Shown here piece after piece: positions 9,182 to 17,808 of a stretch of DNA of 33,322 nt. The position numbers and the translations under genes were made by a program. The stretch comes from an uncultured Methanobrevibacter sp. GTDB taxonomy: Archaea; Methanobacteriota; Methanobacteria; Methanobacteriales; Methanobacteriaceae. The DNA lies in the NCBI GenBank assembly GCA_902783085.1, contig CACZPT010000026.1, positions 1 to 33,322 on the forward strand, written 5' to 3'. Position 1 is the first letter of the stretch; each line of letters opens with the position of its first letter. The notes under the pieces were generated by a model that was given only the letters and a program-made list of their open reading frames with translations, searched no databases and had not been told where the DNA came from.

Positions 9182-10231
9182 TTAATGTCTCAATTTACGT
9201 TTTATTTTTGAAAAAATACTTGTATTGTTGAAATTTTCTTGTGTAGTTTCTAAAATATTAGATTCTAAAACGGCCTTATCAAATTCCTTATTTAAAATAT
9301 ATTTAACTAACTTATTATATCTTTTTTTAAAGAATGGGTCATCTGAATAATATTTATCAAATATATCAAACGACTTTTCAAACAGTTCTTTTTTATCACA
9401 ATCAGTTAATTTAGATAAAACAATTGTATATAACCATGATGTAAGATGACTTTTAAATATTATTTCACCATAACTTGTTTTATTTTGATTTATAAGCATT
9501 TCATCAATTTTATAATAGCCGTTTAGTATAGCTTCAATATACTTTTTATTTCTAATATGGATTGTGGATTTATCTAATTCATTATCTCTTATTTTATAAT
9601 TATATGAATAGAAGTTATTAAGATATATTATTCCAGAAGCATTTAAACACGAATTAGAAGCAACATAAACATCTTCTGCCAACATTCCTTCCAAAAATTC
9701 AATATTATTATCTATTAAAAAGCTTTTTTTAAATAATCTGGTCCAAATAGCTGCAGGTACTCTTAAAAGATTAACATCTTCATCAATATTATCAACTTTA
9801 ATTTCTTTAGAATTTCCATAGATTGATTTAAATGGAACTGTTTTATTGGGATATACTTGGTTAAAATTTGAAATTAAAACATCACAATCACCAATTTTAT
9901 CAAGCATGACTTCAAAAGCATTTTGGACATATGTATCGTCATGGTCTGCAAAAATAACATATGCTGCACTAGCTAGATTTAAACCGATGTTTCTTCCACT
10001 TCCAGGAAAACCAGAATTAACATCTAAAAATACTGATTTTACATTTGAATAGTTTTCATCAAACTCTTTAAGTAATTTCAATGTATTTTCATCATTTGAA
10101 TTATCATCAACAAAAATAACTTCGAGATTATCAAATCCAATACTTTGTGATTTGATTGAATCTAAAAACTCACATAAAAACTTTCCAGAGTTATAAGTAG
10201 CAACTACAATAGTAATTTTGAAATTTGGCAT
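9182..10231 (-). CDS. GT2 family glycosyltransferase (tandem paralog of 8134-9180)
   Basis: Same motif set (NSGFPGSGRNIG, FADHDD, EGMLAED, KSTIHIR). ATG at 10231 chosen over TTG 10240. Confidence 0.88.
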   Translation of the reverse strand: MPNFKITIVVATYNSGKFLCEFLDSIKSQSIGFDNLEVIFVDDNSNDENTLKLLKEFDENYSNVKSVFLDVNSGFPGSGRNIGLNLASAAYVIFADHDDTYVQNAFEVMLDKIGDCDVLISNFNQVYPNKTVPFKSIYGNSKEIKVDNIDEDVNLLRVPAAIWTRLFKKSFLIDNNIEFLEGMLAEDVYVASNSCLNASGIIYLNNFYSYNYKIRDNELDKSTIHIRNKKYIEAILNGYYKIDEMLINQNKTSYGEIIFKSHLTSWLYTIVLSKLTDCDKKELFEKSFDIFDKYYSDDPFFKKRYNKLVKYILNKEFDKAVLESNILETTQENFNNTSIFSKIKRKLRH

Positions 10232-10232
10232 A

Positions 10233-11813
10233 TTAATCAATTATTTTTTCATATAATTCATTATATTCTAAAGACATTTCGGAAATATCCCTAAATTTAA
10301 TTTCATCCAAATTAGATAATTTCTCCTGATAATCTTTATTGTCAATATTCAATATGAAATTATATACAAGGTTCATATCAGTTAAATCAACTAGCCAGCC
10401 TGCACCAGAAGCGTTGATTCTTTCATGCAGGGCCCCCAAATCACTAGCTATTACTGGAAGGCCTGCCATCCACGATTCTGTTAATGTGTATGAATATGAT
10501 TCTGGACATGTTGACAATATTAATGAAAATGAAGGTTCAATCTTTGAAACATAACTATTAAAATCTTTTCTTTCATATCTGCCGTGATTAACTCCAAATT
10601 TATTTAAATTAGGAATTGTTGTTCCAAGAAAATGAAATTCCAATTTGTTATCATTATCCATTTCTTTAAGTTTTTTTATCAATAGTGACCCTTTATGTGG
10701 TGAGATATGACCCGCAACTAGGATTTTAATTGGATTGGTTAATAATTCTGCCTTATAATTTGACCTGTTTATTTCAACACCATGTTCTATTATTTTGAAG
10801 TTATTCAATTCTGGATAAATATCTTTATAAATATCTAAAACACTTTGTGTTGGCGCAATATTTAAATGAGACTTTTTTAAGATATTTAAACACAGTGATT
10901 GCCATTTGTCTTTGATATTTTCAATTTTTGATAAGTCATCACATAAAATACCAGTGCAATCTTCGCATTCAAATTTACAAAATTGGCAATTTTTATCAAC
11001 CAAATGAATAGATGGGCAAATATAGTAAAAGTCATGTAGATTAATTAAAAATGGAATTTCTTTTTTAGTGATAATATCAATCAAATTAAAACTATGGTTA
11101 ATTAAATGATTAATATGAACAAGTTTTATATCTAATTTTGAAAGGATTTCTTCATAAATTGTATCTAAATTTGCATTGACTAAATTCTTTTTGAAATCAT
11201 TAACCTTCAAAACATTATCATCATTATCTATGATAGAAAAATTTGAATTAAAAGAAATATCATAATTTGCAATTTTAACTAATCTATCATCAACACTCCA
11301 AAGTTCGACATCTACACCATCTGAAGTTAAAATAAAAGCTTTATAACCTTTTTTGATGTTTTTGATAATATCAAAATTTAAAAATCCAGTACCCCCAACA
11401 GTACCTATCTTTTCATGAAGCACAAATAAAATATTTTTAAATTCACCTTTAAATGAAGACAAATTCTTATTTTCAGGTTTTATTAATCTACCTTCACCAT
11501 ATAATGCATAATGAACTAATGGATTTATATCAACATCAGTATAATAATTCTTATAAAAAACACCATCAAAGTCTTTATTTGGTTTTTTACCTTCATCAAA
11601 ACCAAAAAACATATAGTGAAGAAGAGGATCCATTTTTGAATTTTTTACCTTAGGATAATTCTCTAAGTAAAAATCATCATCAAATAAATTTTCATTTCTA
11701 ATAGTTTTATAACCTTTAATAAGTTCATTAGCTTCTTTTTTATCTTTAACTTTAAGTGAAATATATTTTGAAGGAAGTAAAGCAAATAATTTATTTTTAA
11801 AACTCATAATCAT
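10233..11813 (-). CDS. GT4 (GT-B) glycosyltransferase with N-terminal repeated 'LFD..FY..YP..DPL.HY' module
   Basis: GGT motif, LHDFYYICP Cys-rich segment, PHKG, ESYSYTLTE.W.AGLPVIASDLGA. Confidence 0.85.
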   Translation of the reverse strand: MIMSFKNKLFALLPSKYISLKVKDKKEANELIKGYKTIRNENLFDDDFYLENYPKVKNSKMDPLLHYMFFGFDEGKKPNKDFDGVFYKNYYTDVDINPLVHYALYGEGRLIKPENKNLSSFKGEFKNILFVLHEKIGTVGGTGFLNFDIIKNIKKGYKAFILTSDGVDVELWSVDDRLVKIANYDISFNSNFSIIDNDDNVLKVNDFKKNLVNANLDTIYEEILSKLDIKLVHINHLINHSFNLIDIITKKEIPFLINLHDFYYICPSIHLVDKNCQFCKFECEDCTGILCDDLSKIENIKDKWQSLCLNILKKSHLNIAPTQSVLDIYKDIYPELNNFKIIEHGVEINRSNYKAELLTNPIKILVAGHISPHKGSLLIKKLKEMDNDNKLEFHFLGTTIPNLNKFGVNHGRYERKDFNSYVSKIEPSFSLILSTCPESYSYTLTESWMAGLPVIASDLGALHERINASGAGWLVDLTDMNLVYNFILNIDNKDYQEKLSNLDEIKFRDISEMSLEYNELYEKIID

Positions 11814-13386
11814 CTAATAAAATTTTTTCAAGTTTATCTAAAAACTCAAAAACAAAATCTTTTTTAATTAAAATATCTGAAGATATGCTTTCATCACAAG
11901 AAACAGTTAAATTATAATCATCAGAACTTAAGGAACTATCTGTTAAAATTAATACTTTAACAATGTCATTTCTTGCAATTATTGAGTTTAAATTGTATTT
12001 ATCTGTAAATGAAAGTAAAATATCCGATGAATTACCAACATATAAATTATTCATATTAGTAATTAACTCAACTGTAAAACCCAATTTAGCAAAATCTTTT
12101 GATATTTTACTAATAAAATCTAAATTTTTATCATCATGATTAATAATTGTTATTTTAAGCTTTTTATTTGTAAAAAACCCTTTATTTTCTATTTTATCTA
12201 AAAGTAAATTTTTTGAAAGATAATTACCCCATTTATTCCAAAAAACAGAGTAATTGCGTTTATCATTTTCAAAATACTTTTCATTTTTAACTCTAGTACT
12301 TGATTCATGGTGAAACAAAAGAGAATTAGCTGCAAATATTATATTATAATTATTTTCATATACTTTTAAACAAAAATCAACATCCTCAAGACCATAATTA
12401 TAATCTTCACAAAGCCCACCCAAATCATCATATACTTTCTTATCCACCAACATTACCGCACCTGTAACTGCGATACAATAATTATTTTTAGTTAAACTTG
12501 AATCAAAAATATCTAAATTAGAATCAGCTTTATTAGCTGCATATAAACAACACGGATACATTCTCTCAGCAAATATATCTCCACTATGTTGTATCTTATA
12601 GGATTTTTCACGGTTATAATTAAAATAAAATGGAAATACCAACTTAGAACCAACAGCCGCAACATTTTCATTATTTTCAATTGTTCCAACTAATTCATTT
12701 AACCACCCATAAGTTGGTTCTATATCATTATTTAATAAAAGTAAATATTTACCCTTAGCTATTTTTGCAGCATCATTATTTCCTTTTGAAAAGCTAACAT
12801 TAGTTTCATTTTCGATTATTGTAATCGGCAAATCAAGTGATTTTAAATAGTTTACAGATTCATCATCTGAAGCATTATCCACAACGATGATTTCATAGTT
12901 GGAATAGTTAGTTTTAGCATTGAAATCTTTAAATAATCTTTTTAAATGATTTAGACCATTACGATTTAAAATAATAATTGAAACTAATTCTTCATTTTCA
13001 AACTCATAATTTGTTAGAAATGCTAAGTTAGTTTGTAAAATTTCATCTTTCCTTCTTATACAATATGAATTTTGAATAATTTTACCTTCATTTTTACCAT
13101 AAGCCACATAATGAAGCAGTGGATTAATGTGAGCTTGTTTTACATCAGGATATGTTTTTAAATAAAAATCTGAATCGAACTCCAAACTAGGCAATTTACC
13201 TTCATTTAATCCTTTAACTAAAAAATGAGTTAACTCATCTCCTGAAACATCATCATAGGTATTTGCATAAAATTCCTTATCAAACAAACCAGAATCTCGA
13301 ATAACATTGTAATACTTATAATTAATGAGTGAAGATTTATAATCGAAACGAGAGCGAGTGAAAAATGATACAATACTTCTTGACAT
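11797..13386 (-). CDS. GT2 glycosyltransferase with N-terminal repeated module (paralog of 20369-21898)
   Basis: VSIIILNRNG, VVDNAS.D, LLLNNDIEP, EDVDFCLK, HHES.TR motifs. Confidence 0.87.
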   Translation of the reverse strand: MSRSIVSFFTRSRFDYKSSLINYKYYNVIRDSGLFDKEFYANTYDDVSGDELTHFLVKGLNEGKLPSLEFDSDFYLKTYPDVKQAHINPLLHYVAYGKNEGKIIQNSYCIRRKDEILQTNLAFLTNYEFENEELVSIIILNRNGLNHLKRLFKDFNAKTNYSNYEIIVVDNASDDESVNYLKSLDLPITIIENETNVSFSKGNNDAAKIAKGKYLLLLNNDIEPTYGWLNELVGTIENNENVAAVGSKLVFPFYFNYNREKSYKIQHSGDIFAERMYPCCLYAANKADSNLDIFDSSLTKNNYCIAVTGAVMLVDKKVYDDLGGLCEDYNYGLEDVDFCLKVYENNYNIIFAANSLLFHHESSTRVKNEKYFENDKRNYSVFWNKWGNYLSKNLLLDKIENKGFFTNKKLKITIINHDDKNLDFISKISKDFAKLGFTVELITNMNNLYVGNSSDILLSFTDKYNLNSIIARNDIVKVLILTDSSLSSDDYNLTVSCDESISSDILIKKDFVFEFLDKLEKILLDDYEF

Positions 13387-14418
13387 TTAATCACCATTAT
13401 TTCTAATATTTCTAAGTTTACTGGTTAATTTCCAGGATGTTGAATTTCTAACACCTTCGATTTGTCTATCCCAATAATCCCTAATTTGGTTTAATGCCTC
13501 AGCTTCGTCTCTTAGTGCATCGATATCATTGAATAAAAGTGAAATTTCTTCCTTAGTTAACACGTTAGATTCTTTAATATTGCCATCAAGAGATTTGATT
13601 AAATTTCTACTAGTAATATAATCATCAACATCGACATTATGATGATATTCTCCTTCTTTTTGCCAGTAGTCATTAATCCAATAATATTCTCTTGCAACAC
13701 AAGGATGAAAATGATTTTTCCACATCAAATATGTAAAACTTAATTGATCTTGATTTGTATAGTTAATAATTTCTTTCCACCATTGATTCATTAAATCAAT
13801 GATTTTAGGGTCATTATGCTTTCTAAAAATAGCTCCAAGGACAGGTAATCCATAATGATTAGGCATTCCATCATTTTTATAATTTTCAACTTGTTTTAAA
13901 ATGGTGTAATTTGAATATCTTGGAAAGAGAATTGAACATTGTGCTTCATCAAAAATACAATCACGTTCAGGATGAACAACAGTTAGCATTGGTGAGTTGA
14001 TATATTTTGAAACATACTCCCTAATACTTCCAATAATTCTAAAAGATCCATCAATCCAAAAACTATACTCATTATCAGGAAAATACTTATTTGGAAATAC
14101 TTTATATTGTTTAGCTATTCTATTATCATCCAGAGTTGAATCTTCCATTTGAATAATTTCCCAAGTATCTGATGTTAAATCTGGATTTTGACTAAAACAA
14201 ACATATCTGCAGTTATCATCAATAAACTTAGGTTCTTTAAGTGAATCATAATCCCCTGTAAAAGCTGTATATATTACAATTTCACTATCTTCAATATCTG
14301 AAATTAAATCATTGTCAACTTCAAGAGTAGGTTGAAATAAATCACTTAAAATAAAGCTATCAACATTAGATTCATACCTAGTCCTAATAACTTCATAAGG
14401 GTCAATATTTTCGCTCAT
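13387..14418 (-). CDS. DUF616 (TOD1/MUCI70-like) putative glycosyltransferase with C-terminal coiled coil and SxSWKLT motif
   Basis: VIYTAFTGDYD.LKEP, YSFWIDG, HPERDCIFDEA, W..E....TNQDQLSF.Y motifs. GAGGT RBS. Confidence 0.78.
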   Translation of the reverse strand: MSENIDPYEVIRTRYESNVDSFILSDLFQPTLEVDNDLISDIEDSEIVIYTAFTGDYDSLKEPKFIDDNCRYVCFSQNPDLTSDTWEIIQMEDSTLDDNRIAKQYKVFPNKYFPDNEYSFWIDGSFRIIGSIREYVSKYINSPMLTVVHPERDCIFDEAQCSILFPRYSNYTILKQVENYKNDGMPNHYGLPVLGAIFRKHNDPKIIDLMNQWWKEIINYTNQDQLSFTYLMWKNHFHPCVAREYYWINDYWQKEGEYHHNVDVDDYITSRNLIKSLDGNIKESNVLTKEEISLLFNDIDALRDEAEALNQIRDYWDRQIEGVRNSTSWKLTSKLRNIRNNGD

Positions 14419-14497
14419 GAATACCTCACTAAATTAATAACATCTAATGATTAATATATTTATGATATTAATTATAATTAACTAAAAAAGAAAAAAA

Positions 14498-14779
14498 TTA
14501 ATGGGAAAATGCCAACATCCCAGGTAATGATTCAAGCATAGCCTGAATACCTAAAATGAATATTGCCAATCCACCAATGAAATTAATATGTCTAGCATAC
14601 TTAATAGCTACTCTAGTACCATAAGTTCCGATTAAAAGCCAACAGACAACAGCTATTAAACTTAAACAACCTAGAATAAGAGGATTAACACATGCACCTA
14701 CACCCTGTGCAGCTAAAATAAGGTTTTCAATGTTTCCAAATATTAACAAACCTGAAAATTGTTTTAATTCCGGCTCCAT
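14498..14779 (-). CDS. Small 3-TM membrane protein, function unknown (paralog of adjacent gene)
   Basis: 93 hydrophobic aa; FGNIENL and GGLAIFILG motifs shared with neighbour. GGTGA RBS, start 2 nt from the upstream stop codon. Confidence 0.8.
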   Translation of the reverse strand: MEPELKQFSGLLIFGNIENLILAAQGVGACVNPLILGCLSLIAVVCWLLIGTYGTRVAIKYARHINFIGGLAIFILGIQAMLESLPGMLAFSH

Positions 14780-14780
14780 T

Positions 14781-15047
14781 TTAGTTCACCTTTAAAGAAT
14801 CAATCATAGATTTAGCACCTAAAATAAAGATAGCTAATCCACCAGCAAAATCAATAAAATCAACATAAGGTAAAGCGATTTGAGTTCCAAAAGTTCCAAT
14901 TAAAAGCCAAATTATAACACATATAATACTAGCGATACCTAATTTAAGAGGATTGACCCCTGCAACAACCCCTTGTGAAGAAAGAACTAAATTTTCAATA
15001 TTACCAAAAATAATTAACCCGACAAAAGGGAGATATTCTTCAAACAT
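14781..15047 (-). CDS. Small 3-TM membrane protein, function unknown (88 aa from ATG 15047)
   Basis: GGTGATTGG precedes ATG 15047; this start aligns the protein with its paralog. FGNIENL motif. Confidence 0.8.
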   Translation of the reverse strand: MFEEYLPFVGLIIFGNIENLVLSSQGVVAGVNPLKLGIASIICVIIWLLIGTFGTQIALPYVDFIDFAGGLAIFILGAKSMIDSLKVN

Positions 15048-15125
15048 CCAATCACCATTTCCTAAAATGCATGTCATCATAACATGCCATAACATATAAT
15101 GTATAACATTTAAAAATATATAAAA

Positions 15126-16658
15126 TTAACCATATTTTGAAAGAATAGCATCCCAAAGATTTACCCTATTATTTAAAGTATAATTCTCAAAAACATCCTT
15201 TTGAGCATTTTGAGATATTTGTTTTCTTAAAAATTCATCATTAATTAACATTTCAATTTTTTCAATCCAGTCATTATCTGATTTTGCTAAAAAACCATTT
15301 AGACCATTTTCTATTACACTATTGTAAACACACATGTCACTGTAAACCGCAGGTATTGATAAAACTGAAAGCTCAATATATTTCAATTCACTTTTAGATT
15401 GGTTGAAAATAGTATCTTTTAAAGGTACAATAGCAATATCCCAATTAACAGTTTTTGAAAGCCAATTCATAAATTTTTTAAAATTCATATTATCAGGTGG
15501 AAGTTCAATAGCTTTAAACCAATCATCTGATATTTCATCAGATTCATTAAATCCCCCAATTATTTCAAAATCAAATTCATATTTTTCTTTCAGTTTTAAA
15601 ATAACATCTTTAATTAAGAATAAATCCTGTGAGTGTGTTAACGTACCATAATAGCCTAATTTTAATTTACCTGCCCGTTTAATGTCATCTCTAGGTTTAA
15701 ATACTGTATTTACATAGTAATTTGGAATAATAACAGTTTTATTTTCATCAAATTTTGAGGATAATTTATCTGTAGTAACAGTAACTACATCTGAAGCATT
15801 AATAAAATCCTTGATTGAATTTTCAACCCTTTTAACATATTCATAAGAAGGACTATCTTTTTCAACAGCCAGTAAATCATCATCAGTTTCATAAATTATA
15901 GGTATTGAATATTTTTCACATTTTTGACGTAGCAGATCTAAAAAAGGCAATATTCTTTGAACTATAACTACATCAAATAACTTAGACCTCAGTATATTGT
16001 CAATATCCATCATTACAAAGCTATCCATACCATACATGAAAAATGTATATTTATCGCACTTAGATAATTCGCTGAATATTGCATGAATACGAATATAAGG
16101 ACATGGAGCTAAATTTTCAAATGGATCATTTGTAAATACACCAACCCGGATTTTATTTGTGTTAATCGGATTTTGACGTTGAATATATGGAATTAAAGTT
16201 TTTTTATCTCTGATATAAGTGGAATTTTTAACAATGCTTTCTACTTTTTTTGCCTCACAATCAAAGTATTGTTTATGAATGGGTGTTTCAAGTGTATTAA
16301 TGTAGTTATTATCCAAGATGTTGATGGTGTTATTTTTAAAAAAACCTTCTAAAACATAATCCCATACCGGTTTATTAGAGTTATATTTCTCTTTATAATA
16401 AGTTAAGTTAAATATATCACTAATATAACTTTGTTGAGTTTCTAAACTATCATTTATTCCAAAAAATAAGTAATGAAGTACAATATCCAAATCCAGTGCA
16501 TCTTTATGAATTTGCCTATAGTTATCACTATCAATAATATCTAAATCCCTAATTCTCTTGTAAGCCTTCTCATATTGTGAAATTTTTAAAGGATTACCCT
16601 TTAATTTAAATGCAATATAAGTATTAGGATTATTTTTAATTGATTTAGATAAACTCAT
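15126..16658 (-). CDS. GT4-like glycosyltransferase with degenerate N-terminal repeat; paralog of the C-terminal part of 17800-20364
   Basis: CPYIRIH, VIVQR, YETDDDL, GYYGTLTH, DIAIVPL....FN.SKSELKYIE motifs. Confidence 0.85.
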   Translation of the reverse strand: MSLSKSIKNNPNTYIAFKLKGNPLKISQYEKAYKRIRDLDIIDSDNYRQIHKDALDLDIVLHYLFFGINDSLETQQSYISDIFNLTYYKEKYNSNKPVWDYVLEGFFKNNTINILDNNYINTLETPIHKQYFDCEAKKVESIVKNSTYIRDKKTLIPYIQRQNPINTNKIRVGVFTNDPFENLAPCPYIRIHAIFSELSKCDKYTFFMYGMDSFVMMDIDNILRSKLFDVVIVQRILPFLDLLRQKCEKYSIPIIYETDDDLLAVEKDSPSYEYVKRVENSIKDFINASDVVTVTTDKLSSKFDENKTVIIPNYYVNTVFKPRDDIKRAGKLKLGYYGTLTHSQDLFLIKDVILKLKEKYEFDFEIIGGFNESDEISDDWFKAIELPPDNMNFKKFMNWLSKTVNWDIAIVPLKDTIFNQSKSELKYIELSVLSIPAVYSDMCVYNSVIENGLNGFLAKSDNDWIEKIEMLINDEFLRKQISQNAQKDVFENYTLNNRVNLWDAILSKYG

Positions 16659-16674
16659 AATTTCAACTCTTAAT

Positions 16675-16684
16675 TTATATATAA
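16675..16684. promoter_or_regulatory. Palindromic TATA box (TTATATATAA) in a 49-bp divergent intergenic gap
   Basis: Archaeal TATA consensus centred about 28 nt upstream of ATG 16708, which has no RBS. Confidence 0.5.
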
Positions 16685-16707
16685 TACATTAACATAAAAA
16701 TAAATTT

Positions 16708-17808
16708 ATGTCCTATAAAGTTAGTGTTATAATTCCAACATACAATAGTGTTGAATTTCTAGACTCCACAATTTCATCAATTAAAAATCAAAGCTTTAAT
16801 TTTGATGATATTGAAGTAATAATAATTGATGATTATTCAACAGACGATACATTAAATCTAATTAGTAAATACTGTAGTGAATATGACAATATTAAAACTT
16901 ACGAGTCCGGTAAAAAAACTGGGACTCCAGGAAGAGCGCGTAATATTGGAATTGAAAAAAGCAATGCTGACTATATTATGTTTATTGACCATGACGATAA
17001 TTATATGCCCGATACTGTAGAAAAGCTATACAGTGAAATCACATCTAAAAATAGTGATATAGCTATTGGAAAATTCCAAAGCTTCGGTGAAAATAGAATT
17101 GAATCTGAAGGCTGGATAAATGAAAATGTTGTTTTAAATTCAATTGATGAAAACTTAATGTTTTTTTCTATGAATAACATTTGGAGAATGATATTTCCTA
17201 AAGAATTTCTCATGAAGCATAATATTACTTTTCCTGAAGGTGTTTTTGCAGAAGACTTAACATTCATGATTGATGCATTTGTTAATGCTTCAAAAATAGC
17301 TTTTATTAACGAAATCGTTTATAATTTCCGTTTAAGAACTGGTGATAATTCCTCAACTAGCTTATCTAAAGGCATGCATTATTTAAATGGATTGATAGAT
17401 GGTTATTATTATACCGTTGAAGTTTTAAATAAAAATAATGCTTGTAAATACTATGACACTATTTTTAACCAGCACTTATCTGTTTGGCTGAGTGATGTTG
17501 CTTTAAGTGAAAGCATTAGTGATGATGATAAAAAAGAGCTAATTATTAAATCACAGCCATTATTTAAAAAATTAAGCAATATTAAACCATATCCGGAAAA
17601 TAATGCCATTAAAAGTATAATTTTACAAATTGTAGATGATAATTTAGATGAAGCCCTTAATCAAATGGCTGATTATCAGTTATTTAGAAGTCGAATTCAT
17701 GAACTAGAAGTAGAATTATCGCAAAAAAAATCACAAGTCACTCATCTTCAAACGACAAAAGGTTGGTTAAGCTATAAACTTAAAAATATAAAAGATAGAT
17801 TATTTTAA
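16708..17808 (+). CDS. GT2 family glycosyltransferase with C-terminal coiled coil/amphipathic helix; opposite strand to the cluster
   Basis: VSVIIPTYNS, IDDYSTD, PGRARNIG, FIDHDD, AED motifs. Related to the 8134 and 9182 pair. Confidence 0.88.
   Translation: MSYKVSVIIPTYNSVEFLDSTISSIKNQSFNFDDIEVIIIDDYSTDDTLNLISKYCSEYDNIKTYESGKKTGTPGRARNIGIEKSNADYIMFIDHDDNYMPDTVEKLYSEITSKNSDIAIGKFQSFGENRIESEGWINENVVLNSIDENLMFFSMNNIWRMIFPKEFLMKHNITFPEGVFAEDLTFMIDAFVNASKIAFINEIVYNFRLRTGDNSSTSLSKGMHYLNGLIDGYYYTVEVLNKNNACKYYDTIFNQHLSVWLSDVALSESISDDDKKELIIKSQPLFKKLSNIKPYPENNAIKSIILQIVDDNLDEALNQMADYQLFRSRIHELEVELSQKKSQVTHLQTTKGWLSYKLKNIKDRLF

Noticed and set aside
15048-15095. N-terminal extension MLWHVMMTCILGNGDW in the ORF track
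   Set aside because: The GGTGA RBS and alignment with the paralog favour ATG 15047.
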